From Octopus vulgaris (Eukaryota), in assembly GCA_951406725.2 (NCBI GenBank), contig OX597820.1:75578001-75642000 (forward strand): a stretch of 64,000 bases of DNA, read 5' to 3'. How positions within the stretch are numbered: the first letter of the stretch is position 1; each line of letters begins with the position of its first letter. The notes beneath the pieces are model-generated. The model was not told the origin of the DNA and did not search any database. It saw only the letters and a list, made by a program, of their open reading frames with translations. This document shows, piece after piece, positions 13,500-28,310 of the stretch. Position numbers and translations under genes: made by a program.

Positions 13500-16345
13500 A
13501 TGAAATTGACCATGTAATCCCGTGCAGAGTATAGTATCCTCTCTCTCTCTCTCTCTCTCCTTGGCTATTCGTTATCGGGATTAATCAGCACTCTCAAATC
13601 CATTTTTGGTAAATCCCACGTCCACCGTTACACCTCTTTTTGTAAATCCCAAGTCCACCTTTTCACTTGTTAATGGGGAGCCTGTGTACGTTCGCCTTAG
13701 GATGCTAGACACTATGCAATGTCATTTTCTTTCGGGTTGTGCGTTCGAGTTCGTTAATCTCCGCTTATGTCCATTTCGGGATGGGTGCACTATAGCGGAT
13801 TACAGCAACAGCCCATATGTTGATGGCAATCGCAAGGTTCCTTAAGTTCAGTTTTGAGAAGTTTGTGATGCTTCAAATATGTAGTAATGACCTTGTCTTT
13901 CATTTCTTTGCACGAGATATTCTCCAGCTCCAGTATCCCTATTGTACCCATCAGCATCCGGGTCTTCTCTCTCCGTTTGGCAATTATATGCCCTTGCAAT
14001 TTCTGTTTTCCTCCGTTTCAAAGGGAGCACCGCACACTTTGAGATACTGAACTCCGTCCTAATATCCATCTCTGTATCCAATCCTATATCGTTACTGCAA
14101 ATCTGTACAGTCTCAACCAGCCACTCTATTTCAGACTCGGTCTTTGAGAACAGTTTTAAATCATTCATGAAGAGAAGGTGGTTTGAGACGAGGACCATTC
14201 TTTCTCAGCTCATAGTGTGCTGGGTCAAGGCTATAAAAATAACAGACGTGAACAAGGGTCTCCTTGAAAGATACCTCTTTTGATTGTTACCTCGGCTAAA
14301 TGCAGGTTGTTAAGAAGTATTTTCCAACTAGACATGTTTTACAATCAGGCGTGCTGTTCCTAATCAGTGTCCATACGTTCACAGCTATTCTGCACATGTC
14401 GTGTGTTTCCAAAATCCACAAATGCGGCAGCAAGTTGTAAGCTATATGAATGTCTATCCAGGCCATACACAAGCTATTTTGGTACCGTTTGTAGTTCTTC
14501 ATTACAACTTTGTATATCACAAAGTGGTCTTTGTTGCCCTTGAATCCTTTTCGGAATCCTTTTTTGTTCTATTGGAAGTAGATTGTCCTGCAAGGAACGT
14601 ATATTTTTTTTTCCTGCGTGGATGCCTATTAGTTCTTTCTGTAGGAAGGTAAGGCAAGCAATGGGTCGATAATTCCCATCCTGGGCGGACTTTGACCGAT
14701 TTTTCATCAACAATGTTGTTTTTTCCTCTATTATCTACTCCGGAACATGACTCTGTAGGCAATTGACTAATTGTAACGCAATTCGCTTGTGTGTTGACTT
14801 AAACTACTTGAGCCAGTAGCCTTGAATTCCGTCTGGTCCTGCCGCTTTCTAATTTGGCAGTTTTGATACCTGTGCAATTACATCTTCTGTTCTTTTGCGC
14901 AAATGGGCCAGTCGTGGAACATCTGGGTGATGCATTTCGGATCTCATGGAATTAATCCACTCAGCACCAGGATTATGGGAAACTTCTTGCCCCCAGATTT
15001 TATTCCAACATTGGTGAATTTCCTCGGCTTCAGGTGGTATACTATCTTCTGTATATCTTCTAAGCTCTTACGAAATTGCCTCTTTGCTGGAACTGTGAGA
15101 GCCCATCAGTGTAGCGTTGAACCTTTCATGCTTTTTCCCGCTCACGTTGATTTAGGGTGTCGGTAACAGTTTTGAACCCTTTCTTTTCTATTTGGTATTT
15201 GGTGTCAAGATGCCCTTTCACGTTTTTTTAGCATGTTTCCATTGCCCTTCGGACCATTCTTCTAAGCGACTCAGACCTTTACGCAAAGTTTTAATATCGC
15301 CTTCAATTCTCCACTTCCACAATGCCTCTTTCTGTCCGCCTGCTTTCTTCTCTTTCTTTCCAAACAGTTCATCTACTAAAATTGAAGCGCATATGATCTA
15401 GTCCTTTGTCTCCGTTAGATCTTTTGTTAGAATGTTTTCAGAATCCCATCAACCTTTTGGGTCAGGCGTTTCACTTCGTCACAAAGTCGAAGCTTCTTAA
15501 ATTCACTGGTTTGGTCATTGTTCTAGTAACTATTATATCCTCGGGTCTTATCCTGAGGTCTTTCTGTTCCTAGGTCATATCCTTTTGTAATACAGGGTTC
15601 TCCACATTATATTGATTGGCCGGCCTCTTCTCTACTACAACTTCACCTCGTCGACACATTCACTGATCATCGCCTACATTATCCTTCTCCGGGTTATTAT
15701 CATGACTGGGACTTTCCTGATTTTCTGAATCTGGGCCTCATTACGAAAGCCTCTATTCCGAATTATTCTTATCTTATTCATGAGTCCATTTTCAGTAATC
15801 TGGAACATACCCACCTGGTTCCAAATTTCTAATGATCTTTTTCCGACAGGTTTCTTATCTAGCTAGGATTGTTCATGGCATACTTAATTGCTTTTTTATT
15901 CATATCAACGGACCACTTCCGTTTGCAAACACGTTGCATACTTTGACCAGTAAAAGACTACGACCATCTGGAGTTTTGTCTTCCGCTTCATTGCCCTCTG
16001 AGGGGCCCACACCGGACGCGAAAGATCTAGTGTCTTGGACATCCAGAGGAGTCTTCCCTTTCATACTGTTATTTGGGATTGAATTTGTCATCATTGCAAA
16101 GAATAAGAATGATTTCTTATCAGATTTGCTCCTTGTGTGTGTTTATTTGAGATCTTCATGTAAAGGGTTACTCCAAATAAAATACCAGCTTTCACTTAGC
16201 TGCCGACAAAGACTTTGGGACGCCAAGTTCGCTCTACATAACTTACTGCAGGTCTCCCACAGATTCAAAAGTTACACCGGCCTATGCAGGGCAGGGATGG
16301 CACCAATTCCCCGCGCTCTTCACATGGACAGCCGCATACAGAATT
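13500..16345 (-). pseudogene. degenerate R4/Dong-clade non-LTR retrotransposon retaining 5' region and RT domain
   Basis: Minus-strand frames give GNYRPIACL, MAWIDIHIAYNLLPHLWI (AWIDYKKAYD..PHSWI), HLLFMNDLKLF (YMDDLKL), NLAIAINIWAVAVIRYSA and HPKANVHRL. Many stops and frameshifts; the endonuclease end is missing. Confidence 0.85.
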
Positions 16346-16679
16346 ACACTATCTAATCTGTCCTTCCTATGCTATGTTACCCTATGTAATCTGTCCTTCC
16401 TCTGCTATGTTAGGTGTGATTTGAAAAATATGTAACTACTCTTCCTTTTTGTTCCATTTCACATCCCTGTTTCTCTTATTTAGGTCTAAAAATGGTTGTA
16501 GTAGGTGGATTGATGTGGACGGTCTGTAATTTGTTTGGTTTGATGAGGAAAAAATGGATGTAATGTGTGTCTGTGGTAGTATGTTTGTGGTAGAGTGGCT
16601 GTGTAGCGTACTGGGTAATGTTTGTACTGAGGGCTGTTATATTGTCTGTGGCTGTTGTTGTTTGGGTTAAATTGATTTT

Positions 16680-17033
16680 TCAGAATTCCACTTCAAACAA
16701 GGTGAAATATTTAAGATCAAGTCAATTTTCCCCTGTGCCTCGGAAAATCTAATCTATGCCATGACATGCTTAGGATGTGGTAACCACTATATTGGATAAA
16801 CAGGGATATCACTACGTCGAAGAACCACTATCCACTAACAACAAATCCGCCACCCTCAATACAGACAGTTACAGGCTAGTGAACACATAGAAAGATGTGC
16901 TAGGAATCTTAATCCTAATTTCCAAATTTTCCCCTTCTATCAATGTTCACAGAACACCTCAATGTAACAAAGATTGAATAAAGAGGCAATTTTCATCAAT
17001 AAATATCTTCCCCAACTAAATATGAACACATAA
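16680..17033 (+). pseudogene. Penelope-like element GIY-YIG endonuclease remnant
   Basis: FPCASENLIYAMTCLGCGNHYIG*TGISLRRRTTIH*QQIRHPQYRQLQASEHIERC...EAIFINKYLPQLN; internal stops. Confidence 0.85.
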
Positions 17034-17474
17034 AATAATACAGAACACTACTAACCCTTCAATTAATACCACTAACCCCCATACATCCCTTACATCATTC
17101 ATATTACAATTCTATATCTAACCTAACTCCACAAAATCCAGAGCTATTTACCTCCCTTACAAATAAACTTTTTACTCAGGAACTATTAGACCTGACACCG
17201 TTCAGTAGCCGGTGTTCATTCAAAGAAATGAATACTATCTTACGAAACCGATGTATGCTCGAATCTCTTTAATAATCTTATAATAATGTCTTTTATGACT
17301 TTTATTACTTTTATAACTACCTTAGTTCATCTAATTGTATATATCTGTCGTTACCTTTCATAAAAAGCCTTTTCTTTTTTATATTTACAATGTGCATTTT
17401 CGCTTATTTTTCTTATTTCCCCCTTACATTTCCACGTGTAGTTTCTATTTTCTTTTTTGTAACATATTTCTAAA

Positions 17475-17968
<494 letters not shown>

Positions 17969-17983
17969 CCACGTGTCTTGTGA

Positions 17984-18362
17984 AGGCGCGTGGCTCAGTG
18001 GTTTAGAGCGTCGAGCTTACGATCGTGAGGTTGTGAGCTCGAATCCCGGACCGGGCTGCGTGTTGTGTTCTTCAGCAAGACACTTTATTTGTTGGCCTTG
18101 CTATTTGCTTTTGAGCCAAATTAACTAACATTTCACGTTGCTCCAGTTCACTCAGCTGTAGAAATGAGTTGCGACGTCACAGGTGCCAAGCTGTATTGGC
18201 CCTTGCCTTTCTCTTGGAGAACATCGGTGACGTGGAGAGGGGAGGTCGGTATGCATGGGCGACTGCTGGTCTTCCATAAAACAATCTTGCCCAGACTTGT
18301 GCCTCAGAGGGTAACTCTCTTGGTGCAAACTCATGGTCAGTGTCTGACCGAAGGGGGTCACC
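17984..18362 (+). mobile_element. SINE family C (tRNA-derived)
   Basis: Head ggcgcgtggctcagtggtttagagcgtcgagcttacgatcgtgaggttgtgagctcgaatcccgg with A and B boxes, then ttgctccagttcactcagctg. Related pieces at 52083-52270 and 39830-40000. Confidence 0.8.
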
Positions 18363-18423
<61 letters not shown>

Positions 18424-18534
18424 CATACTTATATATATACATACATACATATATATATATATACATACATACATATATATATATATTTATACATATATAT
18501 ATATACATATATATACATATATATATATATATGC

Positions 18535-18668
<134 letters not shown>

Positions 18669-19321
18669 GTGTGCCGAATAGGACAAAGAAATGAACGAAT
18701 TTACCGATTCCTCTCTGATGAACATCTCCACTAACACAAAGAGGACCATCACAAACACGATAAGCTTTACAAGAAAGGATAACATGAACTTCAATATATA
18801 TATTACAAATGATTGAATCTTATATTAAAACTTAATTAAAATGAGTTCTATGCTGCAATATTGCACAGCAAAGCATGAGAAAATAAAAGCTAAAAAGTAC
18901 AATGTATTTCAATATTTAAATTCCTACATTCCTGTTTGAATAGAAATCCTACAAGAAGGGTTTCGTAGTTCATTCACGCGAATATTCATTCACTTAAATC
19001 TTTCCCTAATATGTACTTATCTTTCATAGTATAACATGAAATTGTCCAAATATATAATTGTTTATTTTGTGTAAGTTTTTAAAAGTGCACTTTGGTTGAG
19101 ATGTAAAAAAAAAGCAATACATGTACCGCTCGTCTTTCCTAAAGGAATTAATGAAACACAATTCGTAATGTTTATTCAGGTATCAAAACTCAAAGCTACA
19201 TAACTGGTTTCGTTAAGGCTGAAGATTATCGTACTTTAAGAAAACAATAACTTGGAAATTAAGAATTTGTGTGTGCTTGTGTGCGTGTATGAAGAGATGC
19301 AGATGGCTAGCTAGCTAGGGA

Positions 19322-19545
<224 letters not shown>

Positions 19546-20529
19546 GATTGGTAGAGAGGTTGATAGAGAGACAAAATACCTGTGTTTTATGGAGAGCAAT
19601 GATATCTTGTGCTTTCATGTTTGTTTCAAACCCACCAGCGATTGAAATGCAGACGGTTTCAACTGCACAAAGGAAGCAAGCTGCAGTATAATTTTGACGG
19701 TTACGTAAATCTTCTTCAAAGAAAACTTCCAACATATATGTCAAATTAATGTAATATTCTCCATGGAAATCTATACAAAACTATCAGTGTAAAGTTATTA
19801 AAATGTCAGAATTAATCGAGATTTTAAAATTTTGTTAACGGGTAAGATTTTGGGTTAGCCATGGCAGCTACACATCTGTTAGTTTTGTTTGATATATGCC
19901 TCGAAACATGAAAAAAATGTTAATTCATCACAAACTTAATTAAAAGTTAAATACGGAATTAATTTAATATAGAATTATGGTTGAAGGGGAAAATATGTAA
20001 GGCGAAACTCAGTCGAAATTGTGACTCGTGTATGCTTACCTGTGATTTGTCATATAAATTCGTTCGTTTTCTGTTTTCTTTTTTCTTTCTTTTTTTGTCT
20101 TGTTTCTCACTAACGAATTTAACAAATCAGTAAATGATATGTTCTCGTTTATTTTTCACAACTTCTTTCGAACCTTCCATTTCCTTGTCAATGTCTTGAT
20201 TAAAGAAATAATCGTGTCTTGACGCTAAGAATTCAAGCCATATTTCCAGCTCAGCTTCCTTATTGAACGAAACGATCGCTGGAGAGCGAGTGAAAATAAC
20301 AAACGTGATAACCTAAATGTACCATGTCGGGAAAATACGGTGTGTGTTATAGAACAACTTACAAACAGGGTTCTTAATTAACCCTCAGCGTTTTTGTATT
20401 GAAGAAGATGGTACTCAATCGAAGTGTATCTGTAAAGAGGTAAAATTCATTCAAAGTTATAAAACGGGAAACAAAACTTGTAAAGAAATATGAGAGTTGA
20501 AAGAAACAACCATAAAATCTACGATTAGC

Positions 20530-20700
20530 GCAGGTGTAGCAGCAGTGTGGTAAGAAGCTTGCTCTCCAACCACTTTAATCTCTTGTTCAGTCCCACTGCG
20601 TGGCGCCTTCAGTAGGTCTCTTCTACAATATGCACTGGACCAAGACCAACACGTAGTCAGTGGATTAGGTAGACGGAAACTAGAATAAACCTGTCTTAAA
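20530..20700 (+). mobile_element. SINE family B, 5' half
   Basis: gtgtggtaagaagcttgc...gttcagtcccactgcgtggcgcctt...ggtagacggaaact. Confidence 0.75.
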
Positions 20701-20751
20701 TCCACACACAGACACACACACTCACACACATATGTATATATATGTATATAT

Positions 20752-20938
20752 CACGATTGACCGCTAACTCCCAAAGTTTTTTATTCTCTTTCTGTATATT
20801 TGCTCGTGTTTCTTTCTGTTGAAGAGCGTAGGCTCGAAATGTAATAGACTTTCTCACTTTCCCGAGCGTCAAAACTAATACACCTGCTTGTTGTTTACAT
20901 ACCTGTCTTTATCTTTTGCTTTTCTGTAAATTTCATCT
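20752..20938 (+). mobile_element. PLE-type terminal fragment (HH-B), hammerhead-like motif at 20811-20848
   Basis: tctttctgttgaagagcgtaggctcgaaatgtaataga...ttcccgagcgtcaaaactaatacacctg. Confidence 0.7.
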
Positions 20939-20989
20939 ATATATATATGTGTAAAGAGAGGGATTGCTCAGTGCCTATAACATCGTGCA

Positions 20990-21575
20990 AAGAATATTAG
21001 TAGCGATCGTGATATAAACCACGAAGAAATGATCAAGCTCAATAAGCAACAAGTACCCCAAAAGTATACTATTCACTCCAATTATGAAGAAGAGAGAGTA
21101 TAAGGTCAATAAACTGTCCACAGTCTCTCTGAAAAGATACCAAAGATATACGGCCCATATGACAACAGGACTGTTTTCAAGAGTAATACAACACTTCGCA
21201 AATATCTCCTTCTAGTAAAGCCACCAATAGAAGAAAATATGACCAAAGACTACATGTACTTCATCCCATGCAGATGTGGTAAGTTATACAAAGGCTAAAC
21301 ATGTTATCCCCTCAAAATAAGGGTAGACGAACATCGCAAAGCCGTGATACGAGGAGATATTTATAAATCGGGTATATCTGATCATGTATGGAAAAATAGA
21401 GACCACCTCCCCCTGTGGGATGAATATAGAATAATAGAGAACTCCACTGGAAAATACGAAAACTAAAAGCAGCACATATGCTAGGACACAACCTCGTAAA
21501 CAGACTGAGTGCAGATATGAGCAGCATATAGGAACCGGTATTAAGGAAGGATAGAAGAATATTAGATTTATAATC
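20990..21575 (+). pseudogene. Penelope-like element C-terminal/GIY-YIG remnant
   Basis: VFKSNTTLRKYLLLVKPP...YMYFIPCRCGKLYKG*TCYPLKIRVDEHRKAVIRGDIYKSGISDHVW. Confidence 0.85.
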
Positions 21576-21590
21576 CCTAAAATTCACTCC

Positions 21591-21840
21591 CGCGGGCATA
21601 TGGCATAGTGGTTAAGAGCGTGAGCTACTAACCCCAAGTTTCCGAGTTCGATTCCAAGCAGAACAATAATAACAATAATAATAATAATAATAACAACAAC
21701 ATCGAAATATACTTTAGGAATGAGAACCCAGATGTTCCAGATTACTGAAATTTCCCCAAGACACCAGAGGAAGGTATATCAGTGTTAACTAACAAACAAG
21801 ATGAGGACAAATATCCGTCGAATGTAAGTAATGTACATAA
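21591..21840 (+). mobile_element. tRNA-like head + (AAT)n + PLE-type terminal segment (family HH-A; hammerhead decayed in this copy)
   Basis: gcgggcatatggcatagtggttaagagcgtgagctactaaccccaagtttccgagttcgattcc, then aataat.., then catcgaaatatactttaggaatgagaaccc, which matches 46509-46751 and 49488-49720. Confidence 0.7.
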
Positions 21841-21861
21841 TATATATATATATATATATAT

Positions 21862-22030
21862 AGTTCACATAAAAAACAAAAGACGAAGACAGGTGGTGTA
21901 TTATTTTAACGCTCGGGAAGTGAAAAACTCTTCAACATTTCGAGCCTACGCTCTTCCACAGGAAGAAATAAGGAGAGAAAATAAAGAATATGTAGTGGGT
22001 AGTGATCTATCATGGCGAATATTACAGATA
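21862..22030 (-). mobile_element. PLE-type terminal fragment (HH-B), hammerhead-like motif at 21929-21966
   Basis: Minus strand tcttc-ctgtgga-a-gagc-gtag-gctc-gaaa-tg-tt-gaaga. Confidence 0.7.
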
Positions 22031-22237
22031 TAATTTTGGGACTAATGAGTATATGTCAATTTGTGTGTTGAGTACGTTCATATCTGGTGTCATCCACTGT
22101 TGGGATATATTTCCGTTGGATCTAATTCAGGAATTCCGCATTGTTAGTTGAAATAATAATTGAAAAAAACAGAAATCAGATTTGGCACTAGATTTTATAA
22201 AGACTAAGGCCAAATATATTTTCCGCTTCCTTCATCA

Positions 22238-22370
<133 letters not shown>

Positions 22371-24202
22371 GTGTGTGTGTTCGTATGTGTGTGGGTGTGT
22401 TTTTGTTCCTCTCAACCGCTTGACGGCCGGCTATATTTTGTTCACGTCCTCATAATTGAACGGTTTGGTAAAAGCGGTTGATAGAATAAGTACCAAATGG
22501 TGCCCGAGCATGCCTGTAGTCTAACGACCGAAACACGATGAATGATAAGATAGAAATATTTTGCGTATTAATTATAACATTTTGAAAGAAACGAACGAAT
22601 TTATCTGACAGCCCAACCTGTCTGAAGATTTCGTACACTCACCGCATTTGCTACATGACACCCATTTAAAAGCGAATATTATTCTTAATGTAGAACTCTA
22701 CCCAGATTCATCAATAAAACAACATTATCTATAACAAACAGTAAATAAATAACAAGAGATCTCATCTCAGAAACCTGGGTCAATAAAAAAGAAGTAACTT
22801 TCTGATTTTATTTCCCAACTCACTTAAGATTCGTTTTTTATTTTGCATTAATATCTTAATAAGTTGAAATTTAATATCTTGTTTATTGCTAGTATGTCTT
22901 TCTTTTTGTGTGCATATGTTTATTTTACACTGTTTTATCTTTGTCTTTTTTCTTGTGAAATATATATATATTTGGTAAGAAGGGAAAATGAAATGAGACC
23001 GAGAGATGAAATTGCAATGTAAGTCGTAGAATCAGTGAAGCATTGTAGTTTCCGCAGAATGGACAGCTACTGCAGCCGGTCCTAATGGAAAATAATGTTT
23101 TCTGAGAAATAAAATAATAGACACATAAGCGTTTATGCACACAGACACACACACACACACACACACACATACAGACACACACACATATATATACATATAC
23201 ACACATATGTATACATGTATATGTATGTGTACATACACATTTACTAAAGGAAGTCACTCACTAGGCGACTGTCTCAGAAATAAAATCTATGACTAATGAG
23301 AATCGATCTCCGAGCTGGCAAAAATCGGCGCAGCTGCAGACGTACATCACTCAACGGAACTGAAAACAATTAGCCAGCATCTATCTTTTATCAATTTTCT
23401 CTCTCCTTTATAAAATCATGGCTATTTTTCTTATCTTTAAATCAAGCCCTGGTATAACATTAGCTTCATGCTTTTGTCTGTCTATTATTTTTACATTTGT
23501 TTCAATCTTCCCTCTATTCAACTTCTTTTTCTTCTGAATGGTTTTAGTCACTAAATCATGAACTTGATAACGATAATGTCTTTATCAAATTCTTGGAGCT
23601 GGATAGTAAAGATTATAGTTCTTCCCTTTATGCAAATTAATTCTTTAAGATCTTCCAGATTGATTTAATTATTACTCTTACCATTTGTGCTTTCCAATAT
23701 TTCTCCCCCGTTTGGTTCCAATTGTGTCTAAAACAGTAAAAAAGAAAAATGTTAAAAGAAGAATGTGGATTGATAACGAAGCTGACTTATAAATTAAACT
23801 AATGGATTTAGATTAAATATTGTTGACATTATTTTTTATACATATAAATAATCAAAATAATCCAACGAAACAGACAAATAAACAAATAAATTAATTTAAC
23901 AAAATGAAAGCTGTGCAAAATTTGATACGTTAACAGTAAGTTGAATTACATTTTCACGAAATCTCCCTTGACCATTTAAATATAACTTTAATTATGGTCG
24001 TCCTCCTCGGTGCTATTACCATCATCACTGTTGTCACTCCTATCAACAACGTTTCAATTGAATAAATAAATATAAATAAAATTAAGGGAGATAATGCAAC
24101 GAGAGCAATTTCAATTTCCTATAAATTCTCTGAGAGATAAAGCAGTGAAACCTGTGTGAAATATTTTGACGGTCAAATTATTGCTGTCACATGTTCAGAA
24201 AG

Positions 24203-24284
<82 letters not shown>

Positions 24285-24285
24285 G

Positions 24286-24332
<47 letters not shown>

Positions 24333-24344
24333 GTGGTCGTGGTG

Positions 24345-24650
24345 GTGGGAAGATATGCGATAAGGAAGAAAGAAAAGTTGATAGGTATGACAAGTTAGCT
24401 TGGGAGGTAAAGCAGTTGTGGTCGATGAACCAGGTGGTAGTGATGCCAATAACTGTCGTAGCTATGGGAACAGTGCGTAAAAGTCTCGAGAAGTACATGG
24501 AACATATAGGGGCTGCAATAAGGGTGGAGCACTTGCAGAAAACAGTGCTGCTTGCAACCGCTCGAATACTCCAGAAGGTGCTCGAAAAGTAAGAGGTGTT
24601 ACCTTAGTTCACTGGTAGTGAACAGCTGACACCATAGTACATCTCCATCG
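24345..24650 (+). mobile_element. R4/Dong-type element 3' end (RLE domain C-terminus)
   Basis: KICDKEERKVDRYDKLAWEVKQLW..VVVMPITVVAMG...LQKTVLLATARILQKVLEK*; preceded by (TAA)n/(TGA)n. Confidence 0.85.
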
Positions 24651-26870
24651 CATATATATATATATATATATATGCGAATGGGTTTCTTTCAATTTTCCCG
24701 TAAGCCCGAAGCTACAATGGAAGACACTTGCCCAAGGTATCATGTAGTGACAGTCAACTCAGAACTTTCTGGTTTGGAAGCAATCTTCATATCACCAAAA
24801 ATGGAAGGTACAAACTATGTTATGCAGTAGAATTTTATACAGGGCCTGAGCGATCACCAGCTAACTAGGTTACACCGAAAACCATGTAGCGCAGGGATCG
24901 GAGACAAAAGAAAAAAAAACCAACAGGGCTTTTCACTTGGTACATTAGGATCTAAACACATTTTATGTTCTTCTTACACTGTGTTTCCTAAAGTGCTGTA
25001 TCTCTTGTTCTTGCTTTCCAGATCTATCAAATACATTTGTTGTATAAGGAAGAAAAATATTTTTCGAACTATGACTAATAAAGATAAGAAAAATTGATGT
25101 TGTTGTTGTTAATAGCAACAATAAAAACAAAATATAAAAACTAAAGAATAAAATCAAGAAAATTAAAGAAACCATGAATTATAAACGAATGGAATGAAAT
25201 TACATTTTTAAGTTTGTTATAAGTAAATCTCGAGAGAGCACATCAAATAGCATTTCATAAACGCAATATTTTGCGGCTTTTTTTCCCCCTTGAATATTAA
25301 GCACAACGGAGAATGTTCATTTATTAAAAGAAAAAATCCTCAACAAAACAATTATTAGTTTTTGATGACTCAAGTGTGTATAGAATATCAATAACAAAGA
25401 CGTTTTCAACGTATGTTAAATTTATCGCTAAACAATGGAGAAGGAAGAGACGAGGAAAATAAGTCAATTCAAAACACCTGTGTTATATATTTCCAAATAG
25501 CAAAAAAATCTCTTTAAATGCAGCCCTTATAGTATTAGAAGTAGAGACACGATAGTGTATTACTCGTTTACTTTTTTCAGTCATTTGACTGCGGCCATGC
25601 TGGAGCAACGCCTTTAGTCGAACAAATCGACCCCAGGAATTTGTAAGCCTAGCATTTATCCTATCGGACTCTTTTGCCGAACCGCTATGTAATGAGGACG
25701 TATACACAGCTACAAAAAATTATTTTTTAAATCTGTCGGTCAAAAGGTAAAGACCCATCGCGCCTTCACTAAAATGCAATATATTCTGTGAAAAGTAAAA
25801 GACTCCAAGTATAAGAGTTTAATTTTAAGAAATACTCTGTTTAATTATTTTTGTCACATGGCCAGCAAATTCCAGGTTTGGTGAAAATGATTATATCAAT
25901 TCCTCCACCGCCATCACCAATAAAAATCAAAGTTGATCTCAAAAGTAGAAAGCCGGAGAAAATCCGCTAAGAATTTTGTACTGTGTGCTTTAACGATTCT
26001 ACTATGCTCGCCGCTGTTATTTAGTTATAATAATATATGATATTAACTCCACGAGCATTTCAGAAATGGATGTACTGGTGCTATGTATGAAAACTCTAGG
26101 AAGTCGTCGTTAGAAATAGTTCACATTGTCTCTGAAATGTTTTATTAAGCAAAGAGACGGATGTGTATTTATCTAAGTCTGCTGATTGTCAATTTAATTT
26201 GGAAATGCATTCACAAACATTTTTGTGTCATATTTCTAAAATTCCTGGTAATAGCTCTCAGACAGGCCATGAAAATAATCATTATGTTTTGAAAATATAA
26301 TTATTATGAAAATAATTTTATGTGTGTGCAAACAACATTAAGACAGGAGACAACGGTTGGAATGCGGGAGGGAGTTGTTTAGGGAAGATATTTGGGCGGT
26401 CTAATATTCGGAGGATTCCGTATTTATATAGGTTAAGCAGTGAAGGATTATATTAATTTGCCAACATTGAATGATGATGAGTGAGGTGTCGGGCGCAAGA
26501 AGCCTGGAAGTCTTTAATTGTATTGGCGAGACCGAGTGTGTTGATTCTTGACTGGAGGACCTTGTAACAATGCTGAGTAGAAAGAATAGAGAGGAGAAAA
26601 ATAATTGTCTTAAAGTGTTGGAAATATGTTACCAAAGATATTTCGACTAATGAGTACGACACGAGGGGCTGGCGTGATACTGGTTTGACTCAAGGCAATT
26701 GTTTATGAACTCAACTATTAAATTTCAACAAACTCTCATATTTACAACCCCACCATACACATAAAGACACACACATGCGTATGTATGTATACATATACAT
26801 CCATATATCTATACATGTAAAAACGTAAGCACACATGCGTATATACATATATATATATATATATATGTAC

Positions 26871-26917
<47 letters not shown>

Positions 26918-26964
26918 AGTGTCTTGCATATGAACATAACAAAATATGTATATGTGTGTGTGTA

Positions 26965-26996
<32 letters not shown>

Positions 26997-27109
26997 GATA
27001 TATATATACATATATAAATATACTATATATGCATATATTTACAATGTAATGCATATGTCGCTAGTTGTGTGTGTGTGTGTGTTTATAATATACAGTATAT
27101 GTGCGTATG

Positions 27110-27320
27110 TAAGGCGCGAGCTTACAGAATCGTTAGTATGCCTGGTGAAATGCTTAGCAGTATTTCTTCTGTCTTTACGTTATGAGTTCGAATTCGGCCG
27201 AGGTCGACTTTGCCTTTCATCCTTTCGGGATCGATAAAATAAATATCAGTTGCGTACTGGGGTCCATCTAATCAACTGACCCCATCCCCCCAAATTTCGG
27301 GCCTTGAGTAGGAAAGAATA
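27110..27320 (+). mobile_element. SINE family A
   Basis: aaggcgcgagcttacagaatcgttag...gagttcgaattcggccgaggtcgactttgcctttcatcctttcggg. Confidence 0.85.
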
Positions 27321-27944
27321 TATTTTCGTATACATATACACATACATTCGTACGTACAGATATACATACATTTATACATACATGAATATGCATAAATGTG
27401 TTTGTGTGTACGTGTGTCTAACATCTTATTGCTAGTGTTTTCTATATTTAACGAAATACATCTTGAAAATTTTGGTACGAACCGATTTTCGCACAAGAAT
27501 TAAGGGACTTGAAGTAGGAGTCTTCGTCATATTCAGGCTTTAATTTTCAGCTTTTCCTATCAGATCACATGACTGCCCTATTTGCTTTGACTTCTGGTTG
27601 ACCAATACTTCAAAACTAGATTTTGGGACACAAAAACTGTGTAGACACTCATTACATAAAATGCAAGTGCGTGTGTTGATTTCTGCTTTTTTGTTTAGTT
27701 ATACATTTTCAGGTGTAAAATTGGTATATTATGAGTTATAATTTTGGATTCGATAAAATACGTATGGATAAGAACCAGATAGAAATAAATAAATGGGGTC
27801 GATGTAATCGACTAAAACTCTGAATATCAGTAACCCGGCGTTAAGATGTGATCTAGGATGGAAAGCGTTCCAGAAGTGGCCATGCTGTCTTTCTCCTTGA
27901 CGTTATGCGTTACCCTCTTTTGCAATTTTTTTACTGTCTGTTAC

Positions 27945-28102
27945 TAGTTTCAGTTTTTTGACTGCGGCGATGCTGGAGCACTGACTTTGGTCGAACAAAT
28001 CAACCCCAGGACTCATTCTTCGTAAACCTAGTACTTACTCAATCGACTCTTTTGCTGAATCGCTAATTTGCGGGGACCAACATAGACACATAAACATATA
28101 CA

Positions 28103-28153
<51 letters not shown>

Positions 28154-28310
28154 GACGGGCTTTTTCAGTTTCCGTCTACCAAATCCACTCACAAGATCTT
28201 GATCAGCCCAAGGCTATAGTAGAAGAAATTTTCCCAAGGTGCAGTGGGACTGAACCCGGAGGTATGTGGTTGGTAAGCAAGCTACTTACCATACAGCCAT
28301 GCCTGCGCCT
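27945..28310 (-). mobile_element. SINE family B, near full length
   Basis: Head, central (TA)n and tail are all colinear with 56750-57135. Confidence 0.85.

Noticed and set aside
16190-16345. HDV-like ribozyme at the 5' end of the R4/Dong element
   Set aside because: Plausible by precedent, but I could not assemble consistent P1/P2/P3 pairings by eye; it needs a descriptor search on the consensus.
15832-16356. 174-aa plus-strand ORF
   Set aside because: Antisense to the 5' region of the degenerate LINE; no recognisable domain.
17984-18056. Functional tRNA gene (also 21591-21662)
   Set aside because: A and B boxes are present but the stems are imperfect and the sequence continues into a repeat body, so these are tRNA-derived heads.
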